This document shows positions 17,455 through 27,670 of a stretch of 45,448 bases of DNA, piece after piece. The position numbers and the translations under genes were made by a program. The DNA comes from Bacillota bacterium (GTDB lineage Bacteria > Bacillota > UBA4882 > UBA10575): contig JAAYMP010000033.1 of assembly GCA_012521315.1 (NCBI GenBank), positions 1 through 45,448 of the forward strand, read 5' to 3'. Under the pieces are notes generated by a model. The model was not told the DNA's origin and made no database searches. It worked only from the letters and a program-made list of their open reading frames with translations. Position 1 is the stretch's first letter, and every line of letters begins with the position of its first letter.

Positions 17455-18480
17455 TTAAGTTCGGGTTTGTTTTTTCGTTAAAGCGGATCCCAAATCCAGG
17501 ACCACGGCGTACAGTTCCAACCCGGTCTCGGTTTGGCCGGTCTTCAAGCGGTAGTCGGCGGCCAAGATCCGCCGGTGGGCCCGGCGCAGTTGGGCAAAGG
17601 TCAAACCGGCGGCTTTGTTGCTTATTTTTTCCGCCACGTAGGGATGGCAGCCCAACTCCTTTTGGATTTCCTGGCCCCGCCCTGTCCGCAGCAGAAACCA
17701 GCCGAAAAGCATCCGGCGCACCTCGTTCCCCAAGAGGGCCAGAATCTTCGCCTCCGGCTCTCCCGCGGCCAACAGCCGGCGGAGGAGGTTCAACGCCACG
17801 CCGGTCTTTCCTTCCAGCGCCCCGTCGATCATGGCAAAGATATTCGTCTCCACCGCTTCCCCCAGCAGTGCACGCCATTCCGCCAAAGACGCCGGCTTCG
17901 CCCCCTGCGCACAGTAGGTTTTGATCTTCTCCAATTCGTTTTTCAAACTAAACAGCGAAGTACCTTTGGCTTCCAGCAACAGATCAAGTTCCTGGGGGGA
18001 TAGATCAAGACCTAACGCTTTCGCTTCCTGGCGGAGCCATCCCTTGGCCTCATAACCCTTTAAAGGCTCGCAATACACCGTCTCCACCAAAGTCTTTAAC
18101 TGTTTAACCTCTTTTTTCCTCTGGTCCAGGCTCCGGGCGGTCATGATCAGGAAAACCTCCGGCGGTAACTGGGGAAGCGCCACCAGGAGCGCCTCTTCCT
18201 GGGCCGCTTTCATCTCTTCCAACCCTCTGAGGACCAAAAGGCGCCTGGCACTAAAGAGAGGAGCGGTCGCCAACTCGGTCCGGAGGAGCGGCGCGTCCGC
18301 CTCTTTGGTCTCCAGCACCACCACGTTAAAATCCCCCTCGGTGTCTTGGAAAAGCAACTGTTTTATCCGGTCGATCCCGGTGGCCATCCAGTATTCCTCT
18401 TCCCCCAAAAACAAGACGGGCCTGGTCAGACGGGCGCGCCCTTTTTGCTGCAAACTGTAGAGAAAATCGGATGCTTTCAT
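17455..18480 (-). CDS. holA: DNA polymerase III delta subunit
   Basis: LFLGEEEY, PLFSARRLLV, NELEKI, NIFAMID, DYRLKTG; conserved comEC-holA-rpsT synteny. Confidence 0.92.
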   Translation of the reverse strand: MKASDFLYSLQQKGRARLTRPVLFLGEEEYWMATGIDRIKQLLFQDTEGDFNVVVLETKEADAPLLRTELATAPLFSARRLLVLRGLEEMKAAQEEALLVALPQLPPEVFLIMTARSLDQRKKEVKQLKTLVETVYCEPLKGYEAKGWLRQEAKALGLDLSPQELDLLLEAKGTSLFSLKNELEKIKTYCAQGAKPASLAEWRALLGEAVETNIFAMIDGALEGKTGVALNLLRRLLAAGEPEAKILALLGNEVRRMLFGWFLLRTGRGQEIQKELGCHPYVAEKISNKAAGLTFAQLRRAHRRILAADYRLKTGQTETGLELYAVVLDLGSALTKKQTRT

Positions 18481-20813
18481 CTTCCAACCTCACTTTTGAC
18501 CTGAATCCGGGCCGGACGCCCCCGTCGGCCCGGACGGATCCGAAAGGTTAGCCGGCCCCTTTGGTCGGTGCGGTAGACTTTAACTCCGGTTTCGTCCAAC
18601 CGGGAAAGCACGGCCGGCTCCGGATGGCCAAAGGGGTTACCGGCCCCCACACTGATCACCCCGAATTCAGGGTGCACCTTCGCCAGCCACGCCCCGCCGG
18701 TCCCGCTCGCGCTGCCATGGTGGCCCACCTTCAAGAGATTAGCCCGGAGGCCATCACCGTAGACGGCAACCAGCCGCGCTTCGCCCGGGGCTTCCAGATC
18801 CCCCGCCAGGAGGATCCGTACCGAATACCAGTCCAAAAGCAAAACAAGGGAATTGTTGTTCAAATCCGACCCCGGCGGGGCGGCCGCCGGCGGGTGGAGC
18901 ACCAGTCCTTTCAGATCGCCGACGTGAAGCGTCGTCCCCTCGACACCCTGCCGCAGCGGGATTCCGCGTTCCAGGGCTAGCGTGAGGAACCTTTCGTAAA
19001 GCCGGGTCGTGTGGGCGTAACCGCTCTCCAGGATCTGGGCCACTGCGATCCGGCCGTCTTCCAAAAGGCGCACGACGCCGCCGAGATGATCTTCATGGGC
19101 GTGGGTCACGACCACCAAATCAAGGGCCTGGATCCCGCTGGCCTGTAGATAAGGGCGGATCTCCCGGGTGTAAGCGCCCGTTTCCCCGCCGTCAACCAGA
19201 AGATGATAGTCCCCCGGGACGGAGATTAAAACCGCATCACCCTGCCCCACATTGAAGAAGACCAGCTCGAGGCAGGGCGTTAAATCCTGGACCAGATAGT
19301 AACCGGTAACCACCAGGGCCACCAACAACAAGACCAGAAGGGTATGGAATAAGGGCAGCCTTCTTTTTTTAGTCACCGGATTAACCGTCATTCCCCAAGT
19401 GAGCAAAAAGATCACCCCATAACTCGCCCCCACCGTCAACCACGGCCAAGGCGGGAAACGAAGATATCCCGGCCAAGACGCCAGAAAAACCGCCAGCCGC
19501 CAAAAGCCTTCAATAATGACCGCGTTTCCGGCGTTGAGCAGGCGCGCCAACGGCGGAAAGACCATGCCAGCCAACGCCGCCACCAAACCGGTTTGCACGG
19601 CCAAACCGGCCAACGGCACCAACAGCAAATTGGCCAGCGGCGCCAAGAGGGAGAATCCGCCGTAAACCTTGGCGACCAATGGTGTTACCATCAACTGGGC
19701 GGCTAAAGAAAGAAAAAAGGGGCGGCCTTTGGCAAACCAGGAATAAGCAGCCCAAGATTGTTCCCACCGGGGATAGACCACCAACAAACCAACACAAGCC
19801 GCCACCGAAAGCCAAAACCCGAGGGCAAAAACCTCCAGGGGGCGGAGGAGCATGATGATCAGGGCCGCGGCGGCCAGGTGCAGCGGCGGATGCGTCTGGC
19901 GCCGCGTCAGATCGCCAAACAAAGCCAGTAAACCCATGATCCCCGCCCGCAAAGCGGGGGCGCCGCCGCCGGCTACCAAGAGAAAAAGGAGAACGGCCGG
20001 CACCGCCAGGATCCCCAGCACCCGGTCGGATAACCGGACGGCTTTCCCCAAACCCCAAAGCAGGCTAAGCCAAAACGTGAAATGGAGCCCGCTGACGGAG
20101 AGTAAATGGGCAATCCCGACCCGTTCAAAGGTCAGCGCCGGCAAGCCCGGTTCCCGTCGCCCCAGAAGCATCCCGTGGAGGAGCGTCGCCGCCCGCGGCG
20201 GCAAGGTCTCTTCTCCAACCGCAATTAACTTACGTTGCGCGGCGTTGACCAAGCGGCCTACCACCGAAACCCGCCCGTGGCCGTACACGGTCGGTTCGCC
20301 TTGGACCAGCAGCCCGCCGGCGATCCGCTCCCGGACCCATTCCGACCCGGCCTGTCGCTCGGCACCGAACAAACGGCCCTCGAGCACCAGGCGCTGGCCG
20401 TAGTGGTAAGTCCCCGGGTCAGGCAGGAAGACTTCCACTCGCGGCCGGACGGTTAAATCCGCGCCGTCCAGTACCTCGACCCGAAAAGCAAACCTTGAAC
20501 CCTCCCGCCACGGGGCTGGCGTCTCGAGCACCGACCCGGTCACCGCCACGGTCTGGCCATAGTGGCCGGCCAGCACCGCCTGGTGGCGGAAGTGGAACCA
20601 GGCCTCGGTTCCTCCCAATATCACCCCAAACAGCAAACAAAAAACCAGCCCGCTTCCATTGCACCGCCGGAGCCGCCACCCGCCGAAAAACAGGAGAAGG
20701 CCGCCGACAAAAAAGAGGAGGACCACCGTGCTCCGGAGCCCGACATGCCATCCGGCGATGATCCCGCCGCCCAGAAAAAAAGGGGCCCAAAGGAGAGGGG
20801 AGCGGAAAGTCAT
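18477..20813 (-). CDS. comEC: DNA uptake channel ComEC/Rec2
   Basis: GIAHLLSVSGLH, LRAGIM, NVGQGDA, THAHEDHLGG, NNNSLVL, KVGHHGS, NPFGHP, RTDQRG. Confidence 0.95.
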   Translation of the reverse strand: MTFRSPLLWAPFFLGGGIIAGWHVGLRSTVVLLFFVGGLLLFFGGWRLRRCNGSGLVFCLLFGVILGGTEAWFHFRHQAVLAGHYGQTVAVTGSVLETPAPWREGSRFAFRVEVLDGADLTVRPRVEVFLPDPGTYHYGQRLVLEGRLFGAERQAGSEWVRERIAGGLLVQGEPTVYGHGRVSVVGRLVNAAQRKLIAVGEETLPPRAATLLHGMLLGRREPGLPALTFERVGIAHLLSVSGLHFTFWLSLLWGLGKAVRLSDRVLGILAVPAVLLFLLVAGGGAPALRAGIMGLLALFGDLTRRQTHPPLHLAAAALIIMLLRPLEVFALGFWLSVAACVGLLVVYPRWEQSWAAYSWFAKGRPFFLSLAAQLMVTPLVAKVYGGFSLLAPLANLLLVPLAGLAVQTGLVAALAGMVFPPLARLLNAGNAVIIEGFWRLAVFLASWPGYLRFPPWPWLTVGASYGVIFLLTWGMTVNPVTKKRRLPLFHTLLVLLLVALVVTGYYLVQDLTPCLELVFFNVGQGDAVLISVPGDYHLLVDGGETGAYTREIRPYLQASGIQALDLVVVTHAHEDHLGGVVRLLEDGRIAVAQILESGYAHTTRLYERFLTLALERGIPLRQGVEGTTLHVGDLKGLVLHPPAAAPPGSDLNNNSLVLLLDWYSVRILLAGDLEAPGEARLVAVYGDGLRANLLKVGHHGSASGTGGAWLAKVHPEFGVISVGAGNPFGHPEPAVLSRLDETGVKVYRTDQRGRLTFRIRPGRRGRPARIQVKSEVGR

Positions 20814-21310
20814 TCTTTAATTACAAGATAAGGCCGGATTTTGGCCAGGGTTTTTTCACCGATCCCCTTCACCGCCAGCAGATCGTCGATGGTCTGGAAC
20901 TTCCCCACCGTCTCCCGGTATTCAATGATCCGGGCGGCCAGAACCGGTCCGATCCCCGGTAAAATCTGCAGCTCTTCGTAGCTCGCCGTATTCGGGTCAA
21001 GACGGAAGGAAGCAGCTTCCTCCGCCGCCGCGTCACCGGGGGGAACGGGCGCTGCTTCGCCGGCCGCACTTTCCTCCGGCCCCGTTTCGCCCGGTGGTTT
21101 CATAGCGCCGGCCCACCCCACGACCAGTTTTGTTCCTTCCCGGACCGGACCGGGCCAGGCCACTTCCACCGGGGCCACCAGATGTACCTCCACGTCGCCC
21201 CGGGAAAGGGCACGGAAGCCCAAGCGAACCGCGCCAAGCAAAACCGCGGCCGCCAGCAGCAGGAGAACTCTCCTTTGCTGCCTCGATAGTTCGTTAAGCA
21301 TCCTTTTCAC
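20810..21310 (-). CDS. comEA: ComEA-family helix-hairpin-helix DNA receptor
   Basis: N-terminal TM; NTASYEELQILPGIGPVLAARII.YR...F..IDDLLAVKGIGEKTL. Confidence 0.9.
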   Translation of the reverse strand: MKRMLNELSRQQRRVLLLLAAAVLLGAVRLGFRALSRGDVEVHLVAPVEVAWPGPVREGTKLVVGWAGAMKPPGETGPEESAAGEAAPVPPGDAAAEEAASFRLDPNTASYEELQILPGIGPVLAARIIEYRETVGKFQTIDDLLAVKGIGEKTLAKIRPYLVIKE

Positions 21311-21340
21311 CTCACGTCACCCATTGTTCCCTGAGCGGCG

Positions 21341-23110
21341 TCAAGGTTGCGGGATAATCCTCCGTTCTGTTCCGCTCTTTTCCAAACGCAAAGTCGCCGC
21401 GAGCTGCAGCATCTCGCGGGCATGCTCGCGCGTGGTGGTCGTCACCTCCGCCCCGCCAAGCATCCGGGCGAGTTCCTCGACCCGTTCCCCTTGGTCCAAA
21501 GCGCGGACCCTGATCGTTGTCCGCTCCTCGCGCGTTCTTTTTTCAATATAATAATGGTGATGGGCCAGACTGGCAATCTGGGGAAGATGGGTGACACAGA
21601 TCACCTGGTGGGTACAGCCCAAAAGCAAAAGTTTCTCCGCCACCGCTTGCGCCGTCCGCCCACCAATCCCGCTGTCAATCTCGTCAAAAACCATGGCCGG
21701 AATCTGATCGGCTTCAGCCAGGATCACCTTCAACACCAACATTAAACGGGAAAGCTCCCCACCCGACGCGATCCGCGCCAGCGGCCGCAGGCCTTCGCCC
21801 GGGTTCGGCGCCACCAAAAATTCCACCTGGTCAATGCCGTCTTTCCCCACCGCCACGCGTTCACCATTGATGGTGAGCCCGTCCCGGGGATCGGGCGTCC
21901 GGTTCAACGCCACTTTAAAGAGGGTTTTTCCCATATTCACCTCGTGCAACTGTTGCATGACAGCCGTCTCCAAACGGTCCGCCGTCTCCCGCCGCAAGGC
22001 CGAGAGGGCTTCCACCGCCCGGCCCAATTCCGCTTCCAGGTTTGCCAACTGCTGCGTGAGTTCCTGCTGCCGTGCGGTCCGGTCGCTGAGGGAAGCCAGT
22101 TCCTTGCGTAACTTCGCGGCGTAGGCCAGGATTTCCGGGATTCCCTGGCCGTACTTCCTTTTCAGCTTGGCGATCTCATCCAGCCGTGCTTCCACTTGGT
22201 TAAGGCGTTCCGGGTCGAAGGTAATCTGATCCCGGTAGGAACGGAGCTCCCGGGTCAGTTCTTCAACCTCGCAGGCCACCCGGTTGGTCGTCTCAACCCA
22301 CGGTTTTAAATGCGGATCAATCTCCGCCGCTTTGGTCAAGGCTTCCACACTGGTCCCTAAGAGATCCAGGGCGGCCACCCCGTCATCCGCCCCGTAAAAA
22401 CGGTGGTAAGCTTCGGAAATATAGGTATAAAGCCGTTCCGCACCGGCCAGGAGATTCCGTTCCCGGGTTAACTCTTCTTCTTCGCCCGGTTGCAACTGGG
22501 CGGCTTCAATCTCCTGCAACTGGAAGCCGAACAACTCCACCCGCCGCTTTTCCTCGGCTTCGTCCATCTCCAGGTCGGCCAGTTCCTTCTTGACCCCCTG
22601 CCATTTGGTGTATAACTCCGCCACCCGAGCGGCTTCTTCTTTGGTCTGCTCGCCGCCAAACCGGTCCAGGAGCGCCCGCTGGAAAACGGGGGAGAACAGG
22701 GACTGGTGTTCATGCTGGCCATGGATATCCATAAGTAAACGACCGACCTCATTAAGGGTGAGGACGGTCACGTTCTGGCCGTTCACCCGGCACCGGCTGC
22801 GCCCGGACATTTTGATCTCCCGGCTGACCACCAGGAGACGGTCGTCGCCGACCGGGATCCCCCAGTCGGCAAGGAGGCGATCAAGCTCCGGACGCTCTTC
22901 CAGTTCAAAAACCCCTTCAATTAAAGCCGCTTCGGCCCCCGCCCGGATCTGTTCCCACGAGGAACGTCCGCCCAAAAGCAAGCTGACCGTATCAATTATG
23001 ATCGATTTCCCGGCCCCCGTCTCACCGGTCAAAACATTAAACCCTGGTCCAAACTCCAGGTTTAACCGGTCAATCAGGGCAAAGTTTTCGATCATCAGCT
23101 CGCGCAGCAT
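21341..23110 (-). CDS. recN: DNA repair protein RecN
   Basis: LTGETGAGKS, IHGQHEHQ, ASGGELSR, FDEIDSGIGG, VTHLPQIA. Confidence 0.97.
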   Translation of the reverse strand: MLRELMIENFALIDRLNLEFGPGFNVLTGETGAGKSIIIDTVSLLLGGRSSWEQIRAGAEAALIEGVFELEERPELDRLLADWGIPVGDDRLLVVSREIKMSGRSRCRVNGQNVTVLTLNEVGRLLMDIHGQHEHQSLFSPVFQRALLDRFGGEQTKEEAARVAELYTKWQGVKKELADLEMDEAEEKRRVELFGFQLQEIEAAQLQPGEEEELTRERNLLAGAERLYTYISEAYHRFYGADDGVAALDLLGTSVEALTKAAEIDPHLKPWVETTNRVACEVEELTRELRSYRDQITFDPERLNQVEARLDEIAKLKRKYGQGIPEILAYAAKLRKELASLSDRTARQQELTQQLANLEAELGRAVEALSALRRETADRLETAVMQQLHEVNMGKTLFKVALNRTPDPRDGLTINGERVAVGKDGIDQVEFLVAPNPGEGLRPLARIASGGELSRLMLVLKVILAEADQIPAMVFDEIDSGIGGRTAQAVAEKLLLLGCTHQVICVTHLPQIASLAHHHYYIEKRTREERTTIRVRALDQGERVEELARMLGGAEVTTTTREHAREMLQLAATLRLEKSGTERRIIPQP

Positions 23111-23114
23111 CCTC

Positions 23115-23567
23115 TTACCTCCTCAACTTATACAACCGCTCCAATACTTGTTCAACTTGGTCTTTCCGCCGGACAATCACCAGGATCGAATCGTCCCCGG
23201 CGATTGTCCCCATCACCTCATTCCAATCCAGATCATCTAAAGCCGCCGCCACCCCATTGGCGGCCCCGCTGGTCGTTTTGATCATGATCAGATTATCGGT
23301 GTGGTCAATACTGATCACGGTGCCCTCAAACATCCGTTCCGCCCGCTTTAAAAGATCGGGAAAACTACGGTCCAAAGGCAGCGCATAACGGTAGCCCCCA
23401 CTGGGCGTCGGTACTTTAATGAGACCAAGTTCCTTAATGTCCCGGGAAAGGGTAGCCTGGGTCACTTCGATCCCTTCGGCTTTCAGCGCTGCCCCAAGCG
23501 CTTCTTGGGTCTCGATCGATTTTTCCTTTATGATCGACAGGATCAAACCGTGGCGACGGGCTTTCAT
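23115..23567 (-). CDS. argR: arginine repressor
   Basis: TQATLSRDIKEL, GTIAGDD. Confidence 0.97.
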   Translation of the reverse strand: MKARRHGLILSIIKEKSIETQEALGAALKAEGIEVTQATLSRDIKELGLIKVPTPSGGYRYALPLDRSFPDLLKRAERMFEGTVISIDHTDNLIMIKTTSGAANGVAAALDDLDWNEVMGTIAGDDSILVIVRRKDQVEQVLERLYKLRR

Positions 23568-23615
23568 CCTTTACCCTCCCTTTTGGCCTTGCGATGTTAC
23601 ACAACGCAAAAGCCT

Positions 23616-24476
23616 TTACAATTTTCCTTCTTTTACCTTCTCGCGCAGTATATGATAGAAGCTTTTCTCCTTAAAACGAATGAATTTGGTCCGGTGCAGA
23701 GCCGTATAGATTTTGATCCCATCTCCGGCCTCCAAGCCCAGACATTCCTGGCCGTCGGCGGTGAGCAGCACTTCTTGGGGGGAAGCCGTAAATTTAATCT
23801 CAATGACCGCACTACTGTCGACCACCAAAGGACGGTTAAAGAGCGAGTGGGCGCAGATCGGAGTCAGCACCAAAGCGGACAATTGGGGTGAAACAATTGG
23901 TCCCCCCGCCGACAAGGAATAGGCCGTAGAGCCGGTCGGCGTGGCGACGATCAACCCGTCCGCCGCCAACATTCCGGTAAAAAACCCGTCAATGAGCAGT
24001 TCGAGCCGGAGCATCCGGGAGAAGTGGCCTTTACTGATCACGATATCGTTCAAGCCGATCAAACAAGCCCGCTGCTTGCTGGCGCTGGCCACCTCCGCGT
24101 TGACCATAATCCGGTTTTCCACCATAAACTCGCCCTTCCGGAGCTTGTCCACGGCAATTTCCAGTTCTTTATCTTCCACTTCAGTTAAAAAGCCCAGGTG
24201 CCCCAGGTTGATGCCGAAGATCGGAATCTCCCAGGGGTAAAGCCGCCGGGCCAGCGACAAAAGCGCGCCATCGCCACCCAGAACCACACCATAGTCCAAC
24301 CGGGCCGGCAAATCCTGTTCCCGGCAGCCCAGTTCACTGACGTCCAGCCGCGCGGCGCTTTCCTCTTCCATCACCACCTGAAAACCGGCCTGGGTCAAAA
24401 GGTCGATTAGTTTATGGGCGACTCGAACCGCTTCCGGTTTTTCCAAAAGAGGGAATACGCCTATTCTTTTCATCAA
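23616..24476 (-). CDS. nadK: NAD kinase
   Basis: LGGDG, GINLGHLGFL, LNDIVI, DGLIVATPTGSTAYSLSAGGP. Confidence 0.96.
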   Translation of the reverse strand: MMKRIGVFPLLEKPEAVRVAHKLIDLLTQAGFQVVMEEESAARLDVSELGCREQDLPARLDYGVVLGGDGALLSLARRLYPWEIPIFGINLGHLGFLTEVEDKELEIAVDKLRKGEFMVENRIMVNAEVASASKQRACLIGLNDIVISKGHFSRMLRLELLIDGFFTGMLAADGLIVATPTGSTAYSLSAGGPIVSPQLSALVLTPICAHSLFNRPLVVDSSAVIEIKFTASPQEVLLTADGQECLGLEAGDGIKIYTALHRTKFIRFKEKSFYHILREKVKEGKL

Positions 24477-24510
24477 TTACACCTCAGTTCTGGCCTGTCC
24501 CTTTATAATT

Positions 24511-24535
24511 ATTCATTAGATCTCAGTGAAATCCT
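24511..24535 (-). promoter_or_regulatory. SigH-like promoter for the nadK operon
   Basis: gcAGGAttt with N17 spacer to GAAT. Confidence 0.65.
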
Positions 24536-24564
24536 GCATGAAGGAGATCAAAGACTCATAGTTT
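24536..24564 (+). promoter_or_regulatory. SigE-like promoter for the SpoVB-like flippase
   Basis: GCATG-N16-CATAGTTT. Confidence 0.5.
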
Positions 24565-24625
24565 TATATCATTAGCCACCCGAACCGGCCGGCCGATAAA
24601 AGCGTGCGCAAAGGGGCTTGGTCCG

Positions 24626-26020
24626 ATGAAAACAGCCCTCCGCCCATATCTTAAAAAATATGTGCTCCTGACCTTCTCCAGTCTGCTCTTGCGCGTTTAC
24701 GGGCAGATCTACCGCCTTTTTCTCCTCCGTTGTTTCGGCACCGAACCCTTCGGTCTCCTGGGCATGATCTTCCCTTTTTACCGGTTGTTGAGCCTTCTCA
24801 TTACCATGGGCTTGCCCACCGCGCTCGTCCGCTTAATCGCCATCGAACAAGCCAAAAAAAACATAGCCCGGATCCGGCAAGCCAAAAAAAAAGTCTTCAC
24901 CCTGGTGGCCACCATGGCCGCCGTCGTCTCCGGCCTCCTCTTCCTGTTCGCCGCCCCGCTGGGTGTTCTCCTTTATAATGACCTCCGGACCGGTCCGCTG
25001 CTGAAATATTATGCCCTTGCCCTTATTTTTCACAGTCTTTGCCTGGTCTACCGGGGTTATTATCATGGTCTCGACCGCATTTCTCCATTGGCCTTTGCGG
25101 ATCTCGCCGAGACCCTCGGCGAAACCGTCTTTATTCTGCTCTTCCTCTTGGCCGGTCCTCGTCCCCCGCTCCCGGTCGAAGCGGCCGGACGGATCCTGGC
25201 CAAAGGGGTACTGTTGGGCGAAGCCGCTTGTCTGGGTGCCCTCTTCCTTTATGACCGGTACCGCGTCCGCCCACAACTGATCACCACAACCACCACCGCC
25301 CAACCGGCCGCCGGGCGGAAGCTCCTTCCCTTACTCCGTTCTTCCTTCCCGTTCATGGCCCAGCAGTTGATCTTGTCCCTGGCGCGCATCGCGGAAAGCG
25401 TCCTCCTGCCCAATTTACTGGCCAAGGGCGGGCTCACCCCGAGTCAAATCGCCCATCACCTCGGCGAATACTGGGAAATGGCCACCCCGTTCCTCCTGTT
25501 TCCGCTCTTCCTATTCTCCCCCGTTTCCACATTAATCCTTCCCGCCACCGCCCGCGCCACCGTCAAAAACAATCTCCCGGACTATCTGCGGAAGTTGCGC
25601 CGGCTTTTAAGTTGGGCGCTCCTCTATTCCATCGGGGTCGGCCTTTTCCTTCTCAAGTTTGCGCAGCCGCTCTCCCTCTTGCTCTATAAAACAACCGCCG
25701 CCACCCGTTATCTCCCTTATCTCCTGCCCGCCCTTCCTTTTATGACCATGAACAGTCTGTTAATTCCGGTGGCGGAAGGCCTCGGCAAACAGCTCTTTTT
25801 GCTCCGGGCAACCCTGATTTTGATCTTTATTAAGACCGGGATCACGGCCGCCTTTGTCCCTTTACCCGCTTTCGGGCTGGTCGGAGCCGCCTGGGGGCTG
25901 ACCGTCAGCCAAGCCCTGCTCTTTTGCTTATTGTTGAAGGAAACCTTCTTTCCCGTGACGCCCAATTCCAAGTGGTTCCTTCTCGTCAAAACCAACCTCC
26001 TTCACCTACCCAAAGCATAA
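24626..26020 (+). CDS. SpoVB-like MOP-superfamily flippase
   Basis: GLPTALVRLIA, RGYYHG, multi-TM, FGLVGAAWG; divergent from SpoVB/MurJ relatives. Confidence 0.75.
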   Translation: MKTALRPYLKKYVLLTFSSLLLRVYGQIYRLFLLRCFGTEPFGLLGMIFPFYRLLSLLITMGLPTALVRLIAIEQAKKNIARIRQAKKKVFTLVATMAAVVSGLLFLFAAPLGVLLYNDLRTGPLLKYYALALIFHSLCLVYRGYYHGLDRISPLAFADLAETLGETVFILLFLLAGPRPPLPVEAAGRILAKGVLLGEAACLGALFLYDRYRVRPQLITTTTTAQPAAGRKLLPLLRSSFPFMAQQLILSLARIAESVLLPNLLAKGGLTPSQIAHHLGEYWEMATPFLLFPLFLFSPVSTLILPATARATVKNNLPDYLRKLRRLLSWALLYSIGVGLFLLKFAQPLSLLLYKTTAATRYLPYLLPALPFMTMNSLLIPVAEGLGKQLFLLRATLILIFIKTGITAAFVPLPAFGLVGAAWGLTVSQALLFCLLLKETFFPVTPNSKWFLLVKTNLLHLPKA

Positions 26021-26050
26021 AAAAACCGTTGCGGACAGCAACGGTTTTTT
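26019..26050. terminator. bidirectional terminator
   Basis: AAAAAACCGTTGC-GGACA-GCAACGGTTTTTT. Confidence 0.88.
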
Positions 26051-26102
26051 ACTGGCACGCTCCTAAGCGCTACCAAGCGCCGGCGGCAGACGCCCATTGC
26101 GG

Positions 26103-26828
26103 TTAGAGGATCTTGCTTAAAAAGAGTTTGGTCCGTTCATTCTGGGGCGCGTTAAAGAGCTCTTCCGGGGTGTTCTCTTCAACGATCAATCCGTCATCCA
26201 TAAACAACACCCGGTCGGCAACTTCGCGGGCAAAACCCATCTCATGGGTGACCACCACCATGGTCAACCCGTCTTTGGCCAAAGCCTTCATCACGTCCAA
26301 AACTTCGTTGATCATCTCCGGATCCAAAGCGGAAGTCGGCTCGTCAAAAAGCATTACTTTCGGTTGCATCGCCAAAGCGCGGGCGATCGCCACCCGTTGT
26401 TGTTGTCCCCCGGAGAGGGTCTCCGGGTAAGCCAAGGCTTTGTCCTTCAAGCCAACCTTCTGCAACAAATCATAAGCCCGGGCTTCCGCTTCCTCCCGCG
26501 TGCACTTCCGAACCTTCATCGGGGCCAGGCAGATGTTTTCCACCACGTTCATATGGGGAAACAGGTTGAACCGTTGGAAAACCATCCCCATTTCCGCCCG
26601 GATTTGGTTGAGATCGATCTTTTTCCAATCGGTAATTTCAACCCCGTCAAAATAAATCTGGCCGCCGTCGGGGATCTCCAGCAGGTTGAGGCAGCGCAAA
26701 AAGGTGCTCTTTCCCGAACCGCTGGGCCCGATCACGCAAACGACTTCACCATACTTGATCTCGTTGGTAATACCGTTGAGAACCCGAAGGGAGCCGAAGC
26801 GTTTCTGCAAGTCCACTATTTTAATCAT
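26103..26828 (-). CDS. polar amino-acid ABC transporter ATP-binding subunit
   Basis: [45 protein letters not shown]. Confidence 0.96.
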   Translation of the reverse strand: MIKIVDLQKRFGSLRVLNGITNEIKYGEVVCVIGPSGSGKSTFLRCLNLLEIPDGGQIYFDGVEITDWKKIDLNQIRAEMGMVFQRFNLFPHMNVVENICLAPMKVRKCTREEAEARAYDLLQKVGLKDKALAYPETLSGGQQQRVAIARALAMQPKVMLFDEPTSALDPEMINEVLDVMKALAKDGLTMVVVTHEMGFAREVADRVLFMDDGLIVEENTPEELFNAPQNERTKLFLSKIL

Positions 26829-27483
26829 TCTTCTTCAGCCTCCTCTCCGTGTAGTTCACCAGTTGGGTAATGGGAAGCGTCATGAACAGGAAGAGCAAGG
26901 CCACGGCGGTCCAGATCTCGAAAGCGCGGAAGGTCCGCCCCGTAAGCATCGACCCCTTCCGCACCAACTCTTCCAGGGCAATAACGGAAACAATCGAAGA
27001 ATCCTTAAGCATGGCAATGAACTCGTTCCCCAGGGGCGGTATAATCCGTTTGAAGGTCTGCGGGATCAGGATATAGCGCATGGCTTGGGAGTAGGTCATC
27101 CCCAAGGAACGGGCCGCTTCCAACTGCCCCCGGTCGATCGACTGGATCCCGGCGCGCACAATCTCTGCCACATAGGCGCCGCTGTTGACCGACAGGGTAA
27201 TGATCGCCGCCATCCGCGGCGGAATCGTCCCAAAATAGGCGGGAAGCCCGAAATAAACCAGATAGAGCTGGACCAGCATGGGCGTTCCCCGGATAAAGTT
27301 GACATAGATTGAACTTAACATAAAAATCAGCTTGTTCCGGGAGACACGACCGATCCCCACAAAGGTTCCAATCAGGATCCCCATGCCCACCGCAATACAG
27401 GTCAGTTGGATGGTTAAAGCCGCCCCCTCGAGAAGAACGGGCAAAAAACGAACCACCACACTTAAGTCCCAAGTATAACCCAT
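26821..27483 (-). CDS. polar amino-acid ABC transporter permease
   Basis: [34 protein letters not shown]; ATG at 27483 follows AAGGAG. Confidence 0.95.
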   Translation of the reverse strand: MGYTWDLSVVVRFLPVLLEGAALTIQLTCIAVGMGILIGTFVGIGRVSRNKLIFMLSSIYVNFIRGTPMLVQLYLVYFGLPAYFGTIPPRMAAIITLSVNSGAYVAEIVRAGIQSIDRGQLEAARSLGMTYSQAMRYILIPQTFKRIIPPLGNEFIAMLKDSSIVSVIALEELVRKGSMLTGRTFRAFEIWTAVALLFLFMTLPITQLVNYTERRLKKND

Positions 27484-27621
27484 TACGTCCTCTCCTTCGT
27501 TTACACTTTCCTCAACCCTTGCCACAGAACAACTTCAACTTAGCGCGTCGCCTAATCTTTCCGCGCCTCAAGATCCCCCGGTCCTTGCGAAAAGGCCGGC
27601 CAAACCCTTGTTCAACGCCGG

Positions 27622-27660
27622 AAAAGCGAAAAAGCAGCCGCCGGCTGCCTTTTCGCCTTT
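27622..27660 (-). terminator. stem-loop/terminator between the binding-protein and permease genes
   Basis: GCGAAAAAGCAGCCG/CGGCTGCCTTTTCGC. Confidence 0.7.
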
Positions 27661-27670
27661 CCATAATTAA

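Noticed and set aside
24848-24892. A8/A9 homopolymers in the SpoVB-like gene (also a T8 in the ECF gene and an A8 in yaaL) as phase-variation tracts
   Set aside because: Short, in-frame and explained by Lys/Phe codons; no frameshift is seen.
27484-27670. T-box or ncRNA between the ABC binding-protein and permease genes
   Set aside because: Only a stem-loop is evident, typical for setting a higher level of binding-protein mRNA; no T-box motif.
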